Assembly (NCBI RefSeq): GCF_009914755.1
Contig: NC_060933.1
Strand: one strand, 5' to 3'
Length of the DNA: 64,000 nucleotides
DNA from: the human T2T-CHM13v2.0 reference genome, Homo sapiens
Shown piece by piece: positions 27,069 through 40,690 of this stretch (its first letter is position 1; every line of letters starts with the position of its first letter). A model generated the notes under the pieces. It had not been told where the DNA came from and searched no databases. It saw only the letters and a list, made by a program, of their open reading frames with translations. Made by a program: the position numbers and the translations under genes.

Positions 27069-27877
27069 GACTATCTCTCAGAACATGAGAATACAAAAGA
27101 AAAACAATGGTCACATTTTGGGGTCAGGTATATGGTGTTCAGCCAAGGGTATGATATATTCCTTTTGATTTAAATAGAAAAGAAATACTTGCTCATTTAA
27201 GTTACTCTCCACTGCTACCCTCCTATGTAACAATGAAAATGCATAACAAGTTCAACAGCCATAATAGGGAAAGACAATGCATATCCTGCAACAGGAAAGG
27301 AGAAAGAAGAAAAATATATAACTTGTTCCAATGAGCAAATGAATCACAGAAATAGAATGGAAAGGACCTATTATGCATTGAAGACTATAACTTAGGGAAA
27401 ACACAGTTCCACTTATGTTTATTTCAGATTACATTGCTTAGCATTTATACTGTTCTTCCAACAACAGCTCTCTCTTTCGCCTTCTCACATCACACACATC
27501 TCATAATTGTCTGTGGTAGCTTTTTTCTCAGCTCAAATGAGATTGCTTTGAAGACTAAGTTCACACACTAGAGTAATTAACTACATAATTAGTCTAGAGT
27601 GAATCTTATATTGTCTTCTATGATACCTTCCTATTCCCCACCATGTCATTTAATAAAAGCTGCCACTATTTCTAATGCCCAAATTAGGAAATTTAAGAGG
27701 CTGATTTATCCAGCCAGAAAGGGAAAAATGAAAGGACAAGAAACATTCTTTTTCACAGAGGAATCTGAAAATAGTTTAGGGCTGCGGAATAGATGTTAGA
27801 ATGAACATCTTTTCACTTATGTAAAATGAAGGTTTTTGGGGATTGTAATGATCAGCCTAAGTGACTACAATTTATAC

Positions 27878-28067
27878 CAGTGGTTCTAACAGTATAGTCT
27901 CTGGACCTGCAGCTTTATTATCACCCGGAACTCGCTAGAAATGCAGCAAATTATTAGGCCCCACCCACAAATACTGAATCGGAAACTCTGGAAATGGAGT
28001 CTGGTGATCTAAGCCTTAACAAGCCCTCCAGGGGATTATAACGCACACTAGAATTCGAGAACCATTG
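27878..28067. mobile_element. MER5A (hAT-Charlie MITE)
   Basis: TIRs cagtggttct / agaaccattg; internal tactgaatcggaaactctgg, ttaacaagccctccagggga. Confidence 0.88.
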
Positions 28068-28349
28068 ATTGATTGATACTGTTAAAAGATTGAATAAAAA
28101 ACTAAAATCGTGACTCTCATACAATTTTCAACAATCGTATTTCAATTTACTCAACTCACTAATGAGGAGGGTGGTAGGATGTTACAACCAGCTCAAAGGA
28201 GAACTCAAATAACTACATATATCTAGGCATTAAAAGATGCTGAAATAAATTTACATAAGATGTAAGACTTTTCTATCCACAGCGTGATAAGTAATTGTAT
28301 TCCACCAAGCACAATCCATTAGCCTTTCTATGGAGCATTTATAAAATTA

Positions 28350-28668
<319 letters not shown>

Positions 28669-30254
28669 ACTGGTCTTCTACAACAGAGTTGTTAAGTAGC
28701 CGATAGCACTTAGGGAGAGGTACCCTACTTAGGAAAGTAATATTTTTTTTCTCTCTCTTGCCCATTTCAACATCTTTCACATTTTTTTTCCCCTGAAAAT
28801 CTATGTAACTCATGCTTCCCAAAGGCTAATTATGGTTAAACATCTTTCATCTTGGAATTTCTGAGTCATGCCAGCTCAACATACTAATTTTAAGCCTGTG
28901 ACTCAGTCTTGCTCCCAATTTACCTCTGTTAATGAATTAGTTGAGACAACATGAGAATGAGAGAGATGAAATAGTTTGTCTTATTTTGTAGGTACCATGA
29001 GAACATTTTATTGCCCTAAGAATTAATATGTTAAGAAAAGACTGTGGAAACAGAACACCAATATATTGAATTTTTAGTATAGCCAATAAATTGATGTCAT
29101 TTGCAGATCATGTGCATGGGAGTGAAATTCTGCTTAATTAGCAGTAGGAATCGACTGTACCAAATACAGCAAGTACACTAATATGTTATTCTATGTAACA
29201 AGGTCAAGTTCTGCAAAGAAGAATTGTGTAAATTCAGCAAAATTCAACTGTTCCACTTCTGTCAACGTTTTAACCAATTCATACTGACATAGCTACTCAA
29301 GTTATAAAACTGAATCTGTCAATACCAGAGAAAATAAAGCATTTCTCATCCTTTCTTAAGAAATAAATGTCCCACTATACATATCAGTTGTCAATATCAA
29401 ATTGGGTTCAATTATACATTTAAAGTATCTATTGATAAAAAAGAGTAATAACATATAGTATAGTAAGAAAAAAAGCGTTATGAAGAGCAAAAAGAGAAAT
29501 CTTGGGGTTTATGATCTAGATATCTAAATACCTAGTTGGTAAACCTTGGAAATATTTTAACTTCCTTCAGTCTTAGCTTTCACATCTTTGAACTGAACAG
29601 ATAGCTACTCTATGGCAGAATACCGCATATGTAATAAAAGAATCATCAGTTCTAATACAAAACACATTAGTGTCATATGTACTTGATTACAAATATACAC
29701 AATTTGGTAAATTACGGTGTGAAAGCCCTATAATATTCAGATATAGAATCTGAGGTATATGAGGGTAGGTGAAAAGTACTCCACATTTCTTGCAATGTAG
29801 CAATACCAGCTAGTTCAGAGGTAACTGGACTGTGAAACATCTATTGCAGGTAGCAGTACTGGGGAAAAACAAAAACAAAAAACAAAAACAACACCTCAGA
29901 ATCTCTAGCTCCCAGTGGATAGTCCTCAAATTACAAAGTTCAAAGAGCATGACTATTAGCCAGTATTATGACTAAAAACCTTCCCTCACAGCTATTAATG
30001 GAACACAATAGTAAAAACACACCAAATGTGTTCCCTAACCCTTCATATATTTTCTGTTTTTTTTTCAGAGTACTTTTCTCAGCTTGTAATGAATATCCTT
30101 CCTTTGTTCTTCATTTATTTAGGTCTTTTTTTGTCTTCAATGTGTAACTTAAAAGACAATTTTTTTTCACTTTTTCTGTCTTATCTTTACCAGAATTATT
30201 CCTCTTTGTTTCTCTTAAAAATTCTGTATACCTCAAGTTAGCTTTTATTTAATT

Positions 30255-30381
30255 CTGCATTACAGTATGGTGAATTGTTTTGAGGGGCATGACAATGCTG
30301 TATTAACTTAAAACCTTAATGTCCAACAGAGTACTAGAATCTTAATTAGCTGTACAACAAATGTTTGCTAAATTTGAATAA
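30255..30381 (+). mobile_element. Degenerate L2 3' end
   Basis: ttgaggggcatgacaatg..caacaaatgtttgctaaatttgaat. Confidence 0.45.
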
Positions 30382-30749
30382 TAGATATTCTAATACCCAG
30401 ATTACCTCAAAAAAGATGAAAAACATGAGAAGACTATAAATCAAATCTATATAGGCTTCCTATTATTTCATGTATCTGGAGGCAGGAAAATATATTTATC
30501 TCTGATATCTACTTTTCTCTTCCAGTGAAATCAAACTCCTTTCCATCAGGGGATTGTGGTTAATGGTCTATCATTTTAAGCACCATCATCACAAATTCTA
30601 CAAGCCTGAACCTCTCCAAGAAGCTCAGAGTATGTTTGGTCTTATTATTTCCCAAACATCCTCCCTCTTACAAAAGGGGAGATGTATTTGAGAGACATTA
30701 AGCAATTAACCCACAAAAACCATATGACCAAAGCCATATGTCACCCCCA

Positions 30750-30874
30750 ACCTGAGGGACAGAATCATTTACACCCTAAACCTCAGCATAATGTTATAAA
30801 CTTGTATAAAAAAAACTTGCACATGTACTCCCTGAATCTAAAATAAAAGTTGAAATTATAAAATAAATAAATAA
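30750..30874 (+). mobile_element. L1PB/L1MA-type extreme 3' end
   Basis: accctaaacctcagcat..gcacatgtactccctgaatctaaaataaaagttgaaatt plus A-rich tail. Confidence 0.85.
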
Positions 30875-31177
30875 TTGTTTGAATTACTTAAAAGAAAACT
30901 AGAGTTGCTATTTTATGGCCTTGGCCAGTGTCTTACATATTAAAGGAGAATGCTGCACTAAATTTGACTGCTCCACAGTGACTTTCCTAAAATTTCCAGT
31001 CTATTCAGTCAATAGTGATTTGAATTTTAACATTTAATTAAGAACCAGGGAAATCGAACTAGGTATAAAAAGATGTTTCAAAGCATACATAGTAATTTGC
31101 CTTGCCTAGATTGCTACGCTGTCTCTGGAAATTATCAAATAAAATCTTCTGCCTAATACTTTGTTGTGACTTGGATT

Positions 31178-31240
<63 letters not shown>

Positions 31241-31243
31241 AAA
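31178..31243. repeat. (GAAA)n tetranucleotide STR (~16 units)
   Basis: Direct reading. Confidence 0.97.
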
Positions 31244-33609
31244 GGATGCTTTGCAGAGGTCCAGAAACTTATCATTTCCAGTACATGTATTTATTGCCTG
31301 AGAAGACAACTCTAACCCAAGGTAGTTGGCGCAGAGTTGCACGATGTTAGTCAGTGGATCCATGGTTGCTTTCTGTTATTAGCCACCAGCCCCATAAAAG
31401 TCAAAATTTTTGACAAAAACAAAACACCATGCAGCTTTGTTGTGGTCAGATGGCTTTACTTTTCATGCTTTGAAGCAAGAACTCCATTAGGCTTTTTTTT
31501 TATTTTTTTTCTTGGGAGAAGGCCTATTTTATTTGCTTGCACCACTAGACCATTTGATTTTTGTTATAGTGCTCAACCATTTTCAGTACAAATAAAATCA
31601 AATTTTTGGTCTGATACATTTGTGTTCCCTAGGGCCTGAAAGGAAATGTTCTTTTAAAAAATTTTCTTAGCTACAGATTGCTTTAGTTACAAAGGCAAAC
31701 CCTAAATATCAACCAATATGTGGAAGAGCTGGAAGGTTCAGATAGAAGGACTGCAAAATCCAGTCAAGAAACAAAGCAAGGTAGTAGCCCTGTTATTGCT
31801 CCTTAAATGTTTTCCCAAAGAAACGGGGAAGAAAAGTATTTTCCGGTGATTAAGAAAATAAAGGAAATCAATCATGACCAGTTATACTGGGGGGAGTGGG
31901 CTGAGACAACTGGTGTCTATTTCCAACCAATTTCTTCTTTATTAGTATTTCTTTGATGTTACTGGTATCACAAAGCAAATTAAGCAACTGCAAAATTTCC
32001 TTAAGACATCATTTTGAAGATAGCACAAAAGTAGCTAAATTTTATCATTCACAAATGTTCAGATTATTTGATACTAATATCTTCTAGCAAAATGCCATTT
32101 CACATGGAACTTGAAGTGAAATATTTGTCCCTAGTAAAGTGAATGGCTTATTTAGTGGATGGTTGGTCTTTTTGCCAATTCTGCAGGATACTTTTTTTTT
32201 ATTTTTAAGGCAACAATTTTGGCACAGGCAAAATAAAGCATACTTTGTTATGTTTATTGTTATGAATAAACAATAAACAAGTTTATCATTACCAATAAAG
32301 CTTCACAATTCTGAACTTTAACCACTATCCTGAAAATATGTTTATCTATTTGCATTAAAAAAAGCAGTGGCAAATTTAACACCCGTTTCAATGGATTCCT
32401 GATTTACAACCATGGTTCCTTCTCTTGAGGAGAGGCCCTTTAACCACTTCACTAATTGAAGCTATTAATTATAATTTTATTTATAATTTCATTACCAGGT
32501 TTCAAAAAATGTATACATAATCACACATATGACTCATTTCAACATGTATGACACTTAGTAGCTCTTTTCATGGAATAAGCTGAAATGGAGTAGCTCAAAA
32601 GCTGTTATTTTTAGCATAAAATCATGCCTCCATGGGGGGACTTCCTACTGCATAGCTTATTCTCCATGACATTGGCATGCACCACAGCTTCCTTTAAACT
32701 TCTTCAATGCAATATGCCTGAAGGACCAAAACGATGCTAGATTTCCCTAAGTCTGAGATACTCAGAGCAGTACACACTCTTTGACACTTTCACTAAACAA
32801 AAGCATTTTTTATTATTTTATTGTTGTGTGCTTGTTTTTGCTTCTGGATTGTTGCTGGTTTCAATACTACTATGTGTACTCATATATTCTCACAATATTT
32901 GTACTGTCTCGTGTTTCTTAAGTCTCTGAATGCTAGAGTAAAACATATCTTACAGAAATCTCACTCCTTGTCTAAACTGTTGCTTTGATGTAAGAGTTGG
33001 TTGTCCTTCTGGAAAAAAAAAAAATAGGCTAGGTTTCAGAAGATGTTCTCTAGAGTGCATTCCTCTCCAAACAGGAAAAAGAAACTTGGGCATTTGGCCG
33101 TGCTTATGAGGGTGATGTTGGTGGCACTATTCTCTCCAAGTAAGTACTAATGGATGGTCCAGGATAAAATTGGGATTGCAGTGCTTGGCATTGTGAATCA
33201 TATAAAACAAAATAATCAAAATCCTATGTTCCTACCAATTTATAAATCCACAGGTCCTTTGGAGGAGAGCAGTACCATTTATCTCCTGTTACTTCAGTTC
33301 GGCAAATGTAGCTCTCCCTTAGCTGGATTTGATATTTTACTGTATTGTGTACTAACAGTAAATAGCTACAATTATAATGGCACGTGTTTCCAAAGGGTCT
33401 TACAGATTCTAAGAAATGTCATCAGTTTTAAAACTGTCATCAGTTTTCAAAGATATTGTTTTTCCAATGTTATACATCTTTCACAGAGCACTAACATAAT
33501 TTTCAGTTTACTCATGTGGAAACTTAGACACAGAAGGATAAAAAGCAGTGAGATATCTAACAATTCTAATACTAGCATCTAAAATTGACTGCTTTGCACT
33601 TACATACAT

Positions 33610-33800
33610 GATTATTAATCCTGAGACTCTGCGAGGAGGTATTATTATCTCTTATTAACAGCTAAGTATTATTATACTTACGAAGGATTACAGGCAAAGA
33701 AGGGTAGGTAATTTGGCCAAGGTCACCCCATTATAATGGTAAAGCTAGAGTTCAAACCAAAGTCTTTTTTACTCTAAAGACCATGCTTTTTCCATTATTC
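33610..33800 (-). mobile_element. MIR
   Basis: gtaatttggccaaggtcac..gctagagttcaaacc..ccatgctttttcca. Confidence 0.7.
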
Positions 33801-33849
33801 ATTACTCATATCCCTATCTCCCACCCCAACAGCACAAACGAGTTAGATG

Positions 33850-34042
33850 CAGTGATGACCTAATAAATGTTTAATAACTATCTCTCTGGATGAAAAAGCC
33901 TAGATTGTAGCACTTGCCAATTTTTCTGGTGAAATACTCCCATTATGGTCAATTTCAATCTACCCATGTGATGTTACTGAACCTGAAGTTGGGAAGAGAT
34001 GGCTCTTGGGATTTTGTGCTAGCTGACTCCAGCGCCACACTG
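33850..34042. mobile_element. MER63-type hAT-Blackjack MITE
   Basis: aaatactcccattatggtcaatttcaa..gttgggaagagatg; end ctccagcgccacactg. Confidence 0.75.
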
Positions 34043-34249
34043 AATCACAATTTAAACTTTTCCTTCTATATTTCTGATACAATCCTGAGTTCCTTCGCTC
34101 TAGGTCTTCCAGTTCTGGTAAAAAAATAATGGATTCAACAGGTCTATTGAAATTACCAACACATCTAGGAACACTGAGTTTATAGAGTTGTTTTTGCTTT
34201 ACAAGAAAGACAACTGGTTGCAGGAGAAAGCATATCAGACAAAGAGTAA

Positions 34250-34450
34250 GAATAATTGATCTGAGCTTACATTCCAAATCTGCCATTTGCTGGATAACCG
34301 AATGTGGAAAAGGTGGTGAAAAGCCTTTATCTTTCAGGAACTTGGCCTTTTCATCATGAAAATGAATATAATAACCCCTATATGAATTGCCTTCAAGGTG
34401 AGTATCATATAAGATAATCCATCCTGAAGTATTTTATATATAAAAATGTG
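34250..34450 (+). mobile_element. Degenerate MIR
   Basis: ccaaatctgccatttgctgg..tttcatcatgaaaatg..aagataatccat. Confidence 0.5.
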
Positions 34451-35741
34451 AAGAAGATATAGAGTGTAAATGATACCAGTGATACTCTCCTGGTCCTTTG
34501 GATTGGTCTGCTACACATTCCATGCCCTTTCACACACAAACTACTTAATTTCATCTACGTAATATGGGAATATGTCAGAAATAACATAGACTTTGAAGAT
34601 GCGAGGTATACAATAGTGGGGACTGTGTTTTCAACCACCAAACCATATTTGTCCCTCTTTTTTTTTTCAGCTTCTCTAAGTTAATACTTAGAAACTGGTG
34701 TAACCACAAGAGCTTTTGATGTACCTTTACTCTGTGCCTATTGCCTCTGCTAGGACTGAATCAGCATTTCTATTTCCAAGTTGGAGCAGGTGGAAGGCCA
34801 CTAACAGTGAAAAAAGAGTGGAATGCCAAGAAGAATGAGCACAGAAATATACTCTCCCTTTTTTTCACTCTGTTTAGTACACATGTTGTCTTTGTATTTT
34901 TGGCCCTTTTAAATGCACCCTACATATCCATAAAGAATAAGCAATATTTGAAATAAAAGCCATCCTGTGCATTCGTAGACTGCCTTCAGACTTCTTTCAG
35001 GTTCAGTTTATTCCCACCATATTAAACAGTTTGTTTATCATTATAATCTTTGCCCTTCAGCAAAATTAGTTCTTTGTCCTCTTTTGGCTGCCAGATCCTA
35101 TTCAGCCTTTTGGATCTGGCAGCTTGGTTTTATTGTGTCAACCCATGGTTTCTTCACAAAATGGCTTTCATCATTCTGCCTATCCCTGTGGCATTGTGCA
35201 GCTTCCATCTATCTGACAGGGAAGGGAGATAAGACATTTCCCCCAATCTTCTGAATAGACACAGGCTGGAGATGGTAACCCAGACTACAAGAATCCCAGA
35301 ATATAAGAAGGCAACAAGGTCAATGAGTCTCATTACTAAGCAGAGTGCAAACAAGAAGTTGTTCCCTTTGTGATACTCGATTACAGTTCCAGGAGTGTGA
35401 GCACCTGCAGGAATCAGGCTGTGAACATTAGCCCCTTGCTGGTTTGTAGTGCTATACTATGCCAGGCTCCCTATTGGAGCTGGATTTTCTCCTCTACATA
35501 CCTTTCCAAACTGCCTGACCATTTTTTAATTGTGAATAGCTCCAGTGGAGTTGCTCCCAGGATTTCTCTAGAGAAAATAATGCTTTTTCTTTCTCTCACA
35601 AAACCAGATACAGTTATTCAGAATTATGGTGCACAAGTCTGGTGTTTGATCAGTTAGCTTAACACTCAACATAATTAGCCACTGAGACTTGACTTTGACC
35701 CCAATACAAAAAGATTTCAATTTTAAAATTAAAAAGAAGTA

Positions 35742-35988
35742 GTGCATATGAGTAATGACTCATATTCTTAGTTTTAGGGAAAAAACAGAGATAATTGTGA
35801 ATCAGAAGTCATACACTTTGACAATTATGACAATTATGAAATGAACAAACTGATATGTGTTGACATGTTTCTGTATCTTGCTTCAATTTTTCCTGCTTTT
35901 TAAAATAATTAATATCTACTAAATTATATATACTATAAAAGAAGAGATCCTATGTATTTGCTATTTAGCACACATAGTATAAATGATG
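35742..35988 (+). repeat. Direct repeat B, copy 1 (~247 bp; partner 37801-38050)
   Basis: gtgcatatgagtaatgactcatattcttag..ttagcacacatagtataaatgatg occurs twice. Confidence 0.97.
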
Positions 35989-35994
35989 CTCTAG

Positions 35995-36150
35995 GATACT
36001 ATTTCAAAATATGTGCCATGAACACACTGATTATTGTTAAAACACATATTCTTGGGGTGAAACCAAGACCTACTGATTCCAAATTTTTGGTGTGAAGCAG
36101 GGGAATGTCAAAGATTAATAACAACAAAAAAGGTAATTCCCTTGCTCAGT
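35995..36150. mobile_element. MER5-like remnant
   Basis: ttgttaaaacacatattcttgg..agacctactgattccaaattt. Confidence 0.5.
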
Positions 36151-37800
36151 AGAAGTGGAAATTACCAACATAGGACTAATATATGGGCCAGTTGGGCACA
36201 GAGAGGAAATTGGTTTTTATGTTGGCTTTTCTGGCTTAGGCAATAAACTGTCTGTTTTGTCCACTTTTTTGTCCATTGCACCATTTTTGACCCTGCAGCT
36301 TTTCAAGCTCTTCCATTCCCTCATTACTGTTTATCTTAATTACTTAAACAGTATTCAAAGAAATGACAAAGTCAAAGATAGAGGATTATAAAGTTTTTCT
36401 CTAACCTTTGTATGTACCTCTTGTTCAATAAAATTAATTACAGATTGTAATTTCTTTAAGTTGGGTTCAGCATCTTTGTAGCATTGAGAGTAATATTTAG
36501 CACAATAATTTATGCATTTCTATGAAAGATTTTCAGCTCTTTACATAAGAAATGCTGCAACAGAAAGTAACACTAGGAATAATTAAAACATGCATAAATT
36601 AACAACATTATATTTGAATAAAATTAAAAGAGTCATTTATGGAGATCATAAAATCACATTACTATATACTTCTTTGATTACATTTTAATTAATAACAGAA
36701 GTATTTAATCAGAAAAAATATTTTGCTTAGGATTTTTCAAAAAATTATGCAGTCAGTCTTTACATCAATGTTTCTTGTTAAAATGAAATTTTCAATGACT
36801 ATTTAGTAAGTTTTATTATGTGTAAGACTCTCCACCGGCCACTATCATATATATTACAGTTAATTTCTAAGCTATTCTATCAGGAAGAGATTATGATTAC
36901 CTTATTTTGTAGATTAAAAAAATAGAGTCATGAGTCCACAAAAATCCCTAGAATGAGCAAGTGAGTACAGCAAGTTTCAGGACAAATGGTAATTAGGGAA
37001 ACATCAACTTCTTTCTTCCATATGAGAAATGAACAATTTGAATTTCAAATGTAAGAAAAGATTATGATAGTACAAAAATCAAATACGTGGTATAAATTTA
37101 ACAAATGATGTACAGAATCTGTATGTGAAAAACTACAAAACTCTGATGAAAGAAATCAAAGAAAATCTAAATACATGGAGAGAGATTTCATGATTACAGA
37201 TTGGAAGACTCAAACAATATTGCCAAGATGTCAATTTTTCCCTACATGAATATAGATCTAACACAATTTTCATTCAAATCCAAGCAAGATATTTTGTATA
37301 TATGGATAACCTGATTCTTGATTGTAAAATTTATGTGGAAAGGGAGAAGGCATAGGATATCCAGAACAATAGTGGACATGAGGAACAAAGTTATATGACT
37401 CACTCTACTTGATTTCAAGACTTACCGTAGAGCTACAGTAACCAAGTCAGTGGGATATTGGTGGAAGAATACATGCATATCAATGAAACAGAATACAGAG
37501 TTCAGAAATAGACCTACACAAATATAGTCAACCCATCTTTGAAAAAAGAGTAAAGCCACTTCAGTGGAGAAAATCATTACCAGAAATGGTGCTGAAATGT
37601 GTATGTCTATATGCAAAAAAAGGAAAGAAACTAGACATAGAGCTAATAACTTTTATAACTCAAAACTCAAAAATTAACTCAAACAAGGATTGTAGGTCTA
37701 AAAATAAGTCTAAAACTCTAAAAATTCTAGAATAAAACATGAGAAAAATTTATGTGACTTGATTTGGTGATGAGTGTTTAGGTATAACACCATAAGAATG

Positions 37801-38050
37801 GTGCATATGAGTAATGACTCATATTCTTAGTTTCAGGGAAAAAAAACAGAGATAATCAATGACCAGAAATCATACACCTTGACAATTATGAGAATTATAA
37901 AATGAACAAGCTGATATATGTTGATATGTTTCTGTATCTTGCTTCAATTTTTTTCGTTTTTTTAAAATAATTATTATCTACTAAATTATATATTCTGTAA
38001 ATGAAGAGATCCTGTGTATTTGCTACTTAGCACACATAGTATAAATGATG
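37801..38050 (+). repeat. Direct repeat B, copy 2, inserted in L1MC
   Basis: ~90% identical to 35742-35988 (by eye); L1 sequence resumes at 38051 (aaaaaattggtaag). Confidence 0.95.
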
Positions 38051-38396
38051 AAAAAATTGGTAAGGTTTACTTAATTAAAATTAATTATACTCTGTAAAAG
38101 AGAAGAAAAAGATTAAACATAGACTGGGAGAATATATTTGCAAATTACATATCTAATAATATACTTGTATATGAAATATACAATAATTCTTAAAACTCAT
38201 CAATAAGAAAATAAAGCCATTCAAAACATAAGCAAAAGATATAGGTGGCAAGTTAAGTATATGAAAATATGCTCAATATTTCGCATCAGAGGAATGCAAA
38301 TTAAAGCAACAATGAGCCATCACTACATATCTAGCAGAGTAGCTAAAATAAAATAAAATAAAAAACTGATCATGTCAATTGTCAGTGAGTATATAG

Positions 38397-38812
38397 TGTG
38401 TCCAGAGTTGGTTCCTTCCAGTGGGTTCGTGATCTTGCCGACTTCAAGAATGGAGCCATGGACCTTCGCAGTGAGCGTTATAGCTCTTCAAGATGGCACG
38501 AACCCAAAGAGAGAGCAGCAACAAGATTTATTGTGAAGGTCGAAAGAACACAGCTTCCACAGCATGGAAGGGGACATGAGCGGGTTGCCACTGCTGGCTG
38601 GGGTGGCCAGCTTTTATTACCTTATTTGTCCCCTCCCATGTTCCATTTTTGTCCTATCAGAGTGCCCTTTTTCCAATCCTCCCTGCAATTGACTACTTTT
38701 AGGATCGTGCTTATTGTTGCATTTTACAGAGCACTGATTGGTGCATTTTACAATCCTCTTGCTAGCTACATAGCGCTGATTGGGGCGTTTTTACAGAGCA
38801 CTGATTGGTGCA
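38397..38812 (-). mobile_element. LTR12 (ERV9, LTR12F-like) solo LTR, 5'-truncated
   Basis: tgtgtccagagttggttccttccagtgggttcgt..gacttcaagaatggagcc; repeated ctgattggtgcattttaca units. Confidence 0.92.
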
Positions 38813-40539
38813 CTTTGGAAGATAGTTGTGTAGTTTTCTGCAAAGCTACATGAAGTCTTATCATACGATCCAATTATCACTTTCTAGTTATTTACTAAAC
38901 TGATTTGAAAATATATAGCCACATAAAATGTTTATAGCAGTTTTATTAATAACTTCCTTAAACTGGAAGCAACCAAGATGTCCTTCAGTAGGTGAATAGA
39001 CAAGCAAATTGTGGTATATCCATAGAGTAGAATACTTCAACTTAAAATGAATGAGCTATTAAGCCATACAAAATATCGATTAATACATTTTGCTAAGTGA
39101 GCCAAACCAGTCCAAAATGGTGACAGGTAAAACTATAGAGATAGTAAAGAAATCAGTGGTTATATGGGGTTTAGTGGAGAGGAGAACGTTGAATAGATGA
39201 AGCCCACAAGGTTTTAGGGCAGTGAAACTTTACCTTATGATACTGTAATGGGATATATATATAGTTGTGGGATACCAGGATGGAATGCAGGCTGTAACAT
39301 AAGACTCTGTATTACAAATTCAGGAAACAATCTCATTAAAGGGAGTAGGGTGAGCAGAAGGGGCTGCCATAAGTAACTTTGGAAATGAATGTTGTCTCTA
39401 AAACTAAAAGCAAAGGAAATTTCACATAAATACTATACTATAGTTGATAAAGTTGTCTGTCACTGTCACAGCCAAGAGGAGCCTACAGAGACATGATAAT
39501 GAAAAACGGTATTCTGGATGTGATAGTAGAATAAAGAAATAACATTAGGTAAAAATTAAACAAATCCCAGTAAGCATGCACTTTAGTTAATAAAAGAGAA
39601 AGAAATATTTGATTTGCTAAAAATCCCAAAGCTGAAAGATGGCAGTTGGAAGATGGTTGGTGACTAGTTCCCCTGTCTAGTTCCTTTGCCTTTGAGTCCA
39701 GTGGTCTTCCTACTATGAGGAAAGAGGTCTCATCAGCATGCATTGGACAATGACTCATTTCTACATCGTTGACATGTGCCAATAGTTGAGGAACTAAAAG
39801 CCTCTTATTGACAAGGGCCAGATTATTCAACTAGATTATGTCACATTTATCCTCTACTCCCTGTTGTGAGTGAACTACTATACTGGGTTCTGAGAATTTT
39901 TGAAAGATTTTTCAAAAAGTGACTAATTTTCTTAAAATATACATTAATAGTTTATAAATTGTATGGACTGACATAACTTTTGAAACCAGCATAGCTAGAA
40001 AATTGAATTAAAGAGAAATTTCAAGTATTCTTGATAAGAGGTAAAGTGCACATAAAATACTGTGATGCTTATAATCACCAAATAAATATGCTCCAGGGTG
40101 AAACATTACCTTGTGTAAGCTGTCACAGAATTTGCGTGGAGGTATTTCAGATACCCACCACAATTTCAGTTATTCAAATGGCCTACTCAATTCTGCCGAT
40201 GTTTACTGGATAGAATCATGGCATCATACAATATTTGGCTCCTCTCATTGGCCTGCTTATGTGCCATTTAAGACCATGGGCCAGTTGGCTTTATTTCTCA
40301 TCTCTGCAGGCTCCTATAGTGGCCTGAGAATGTTTAGATAACTATAATATCCACAGCAATGCAAAATAGCTTGCAGTTTGTGAGACCAAATCCAAAGCCA
40401 CTGCCATGTCTAGAAACACAGAAATAAAAGAATATGGCTCTATTCCAGTCCCTCATCATGCATCAATGTACTCAGGGTGTTATTGGCTCAGTTTGGATCT
40501 CTGGAACTTCTAAAGCTGACAGAGGAGTAGTATTTATTA

Positions 40540-40690
40540 TTTTTAAAAGGTGTGAGAACATTAGAGGATCTGATTAATGTTTTGGATGCTCTTTTCAGAA
40601 AAAAATAATGCACAGACACATTCTATTTTCACTTGATTTCATGATGCTTTCTCTGATCCCACTAAAGCCCATGGATAGCAGTTAATGTCA
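40540..40690. mobile_element. hAT-Charlie-like MITE remnant
   Basis: tagaggatctgattaatgttttggatgctcttttcagaaaa..atgcacagacaca..aagcccatgga. Confidence 0.45.

Larger units (their letters stand above)
36938..39595 (+). mobile_element. L1MC-family LINE-1 (ORF2 3' part and 3'UTR), interrupted by repeat B copy 2 and LTR12
   Basis: gaaaaactacaaaactctgatgaaagaaatcaaaga (ENYKTLMKEIKE-like), ttggaagactc; L1MC-type 3'UTR ttttagggcagtgaaact, aagtaactttggaaatga, cacagccaagaggagcct. Confidence 0.85.

Noticed and set aside
26723-27173. Three overlapping ORFs of 115-135 aa
   Set aside because: Stop-free reading of a (CTTT/CCTT)n microsatellite
33154-33582. 142-aa ORF
   Set aside because: No recognisable domain or splice context; the 3' part overlaps MIR-like sequence; consistent with chance
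38398-38853. 151-aa ORF
   Set aside because: Antisense reading of LTR12 running into L1; no coding features
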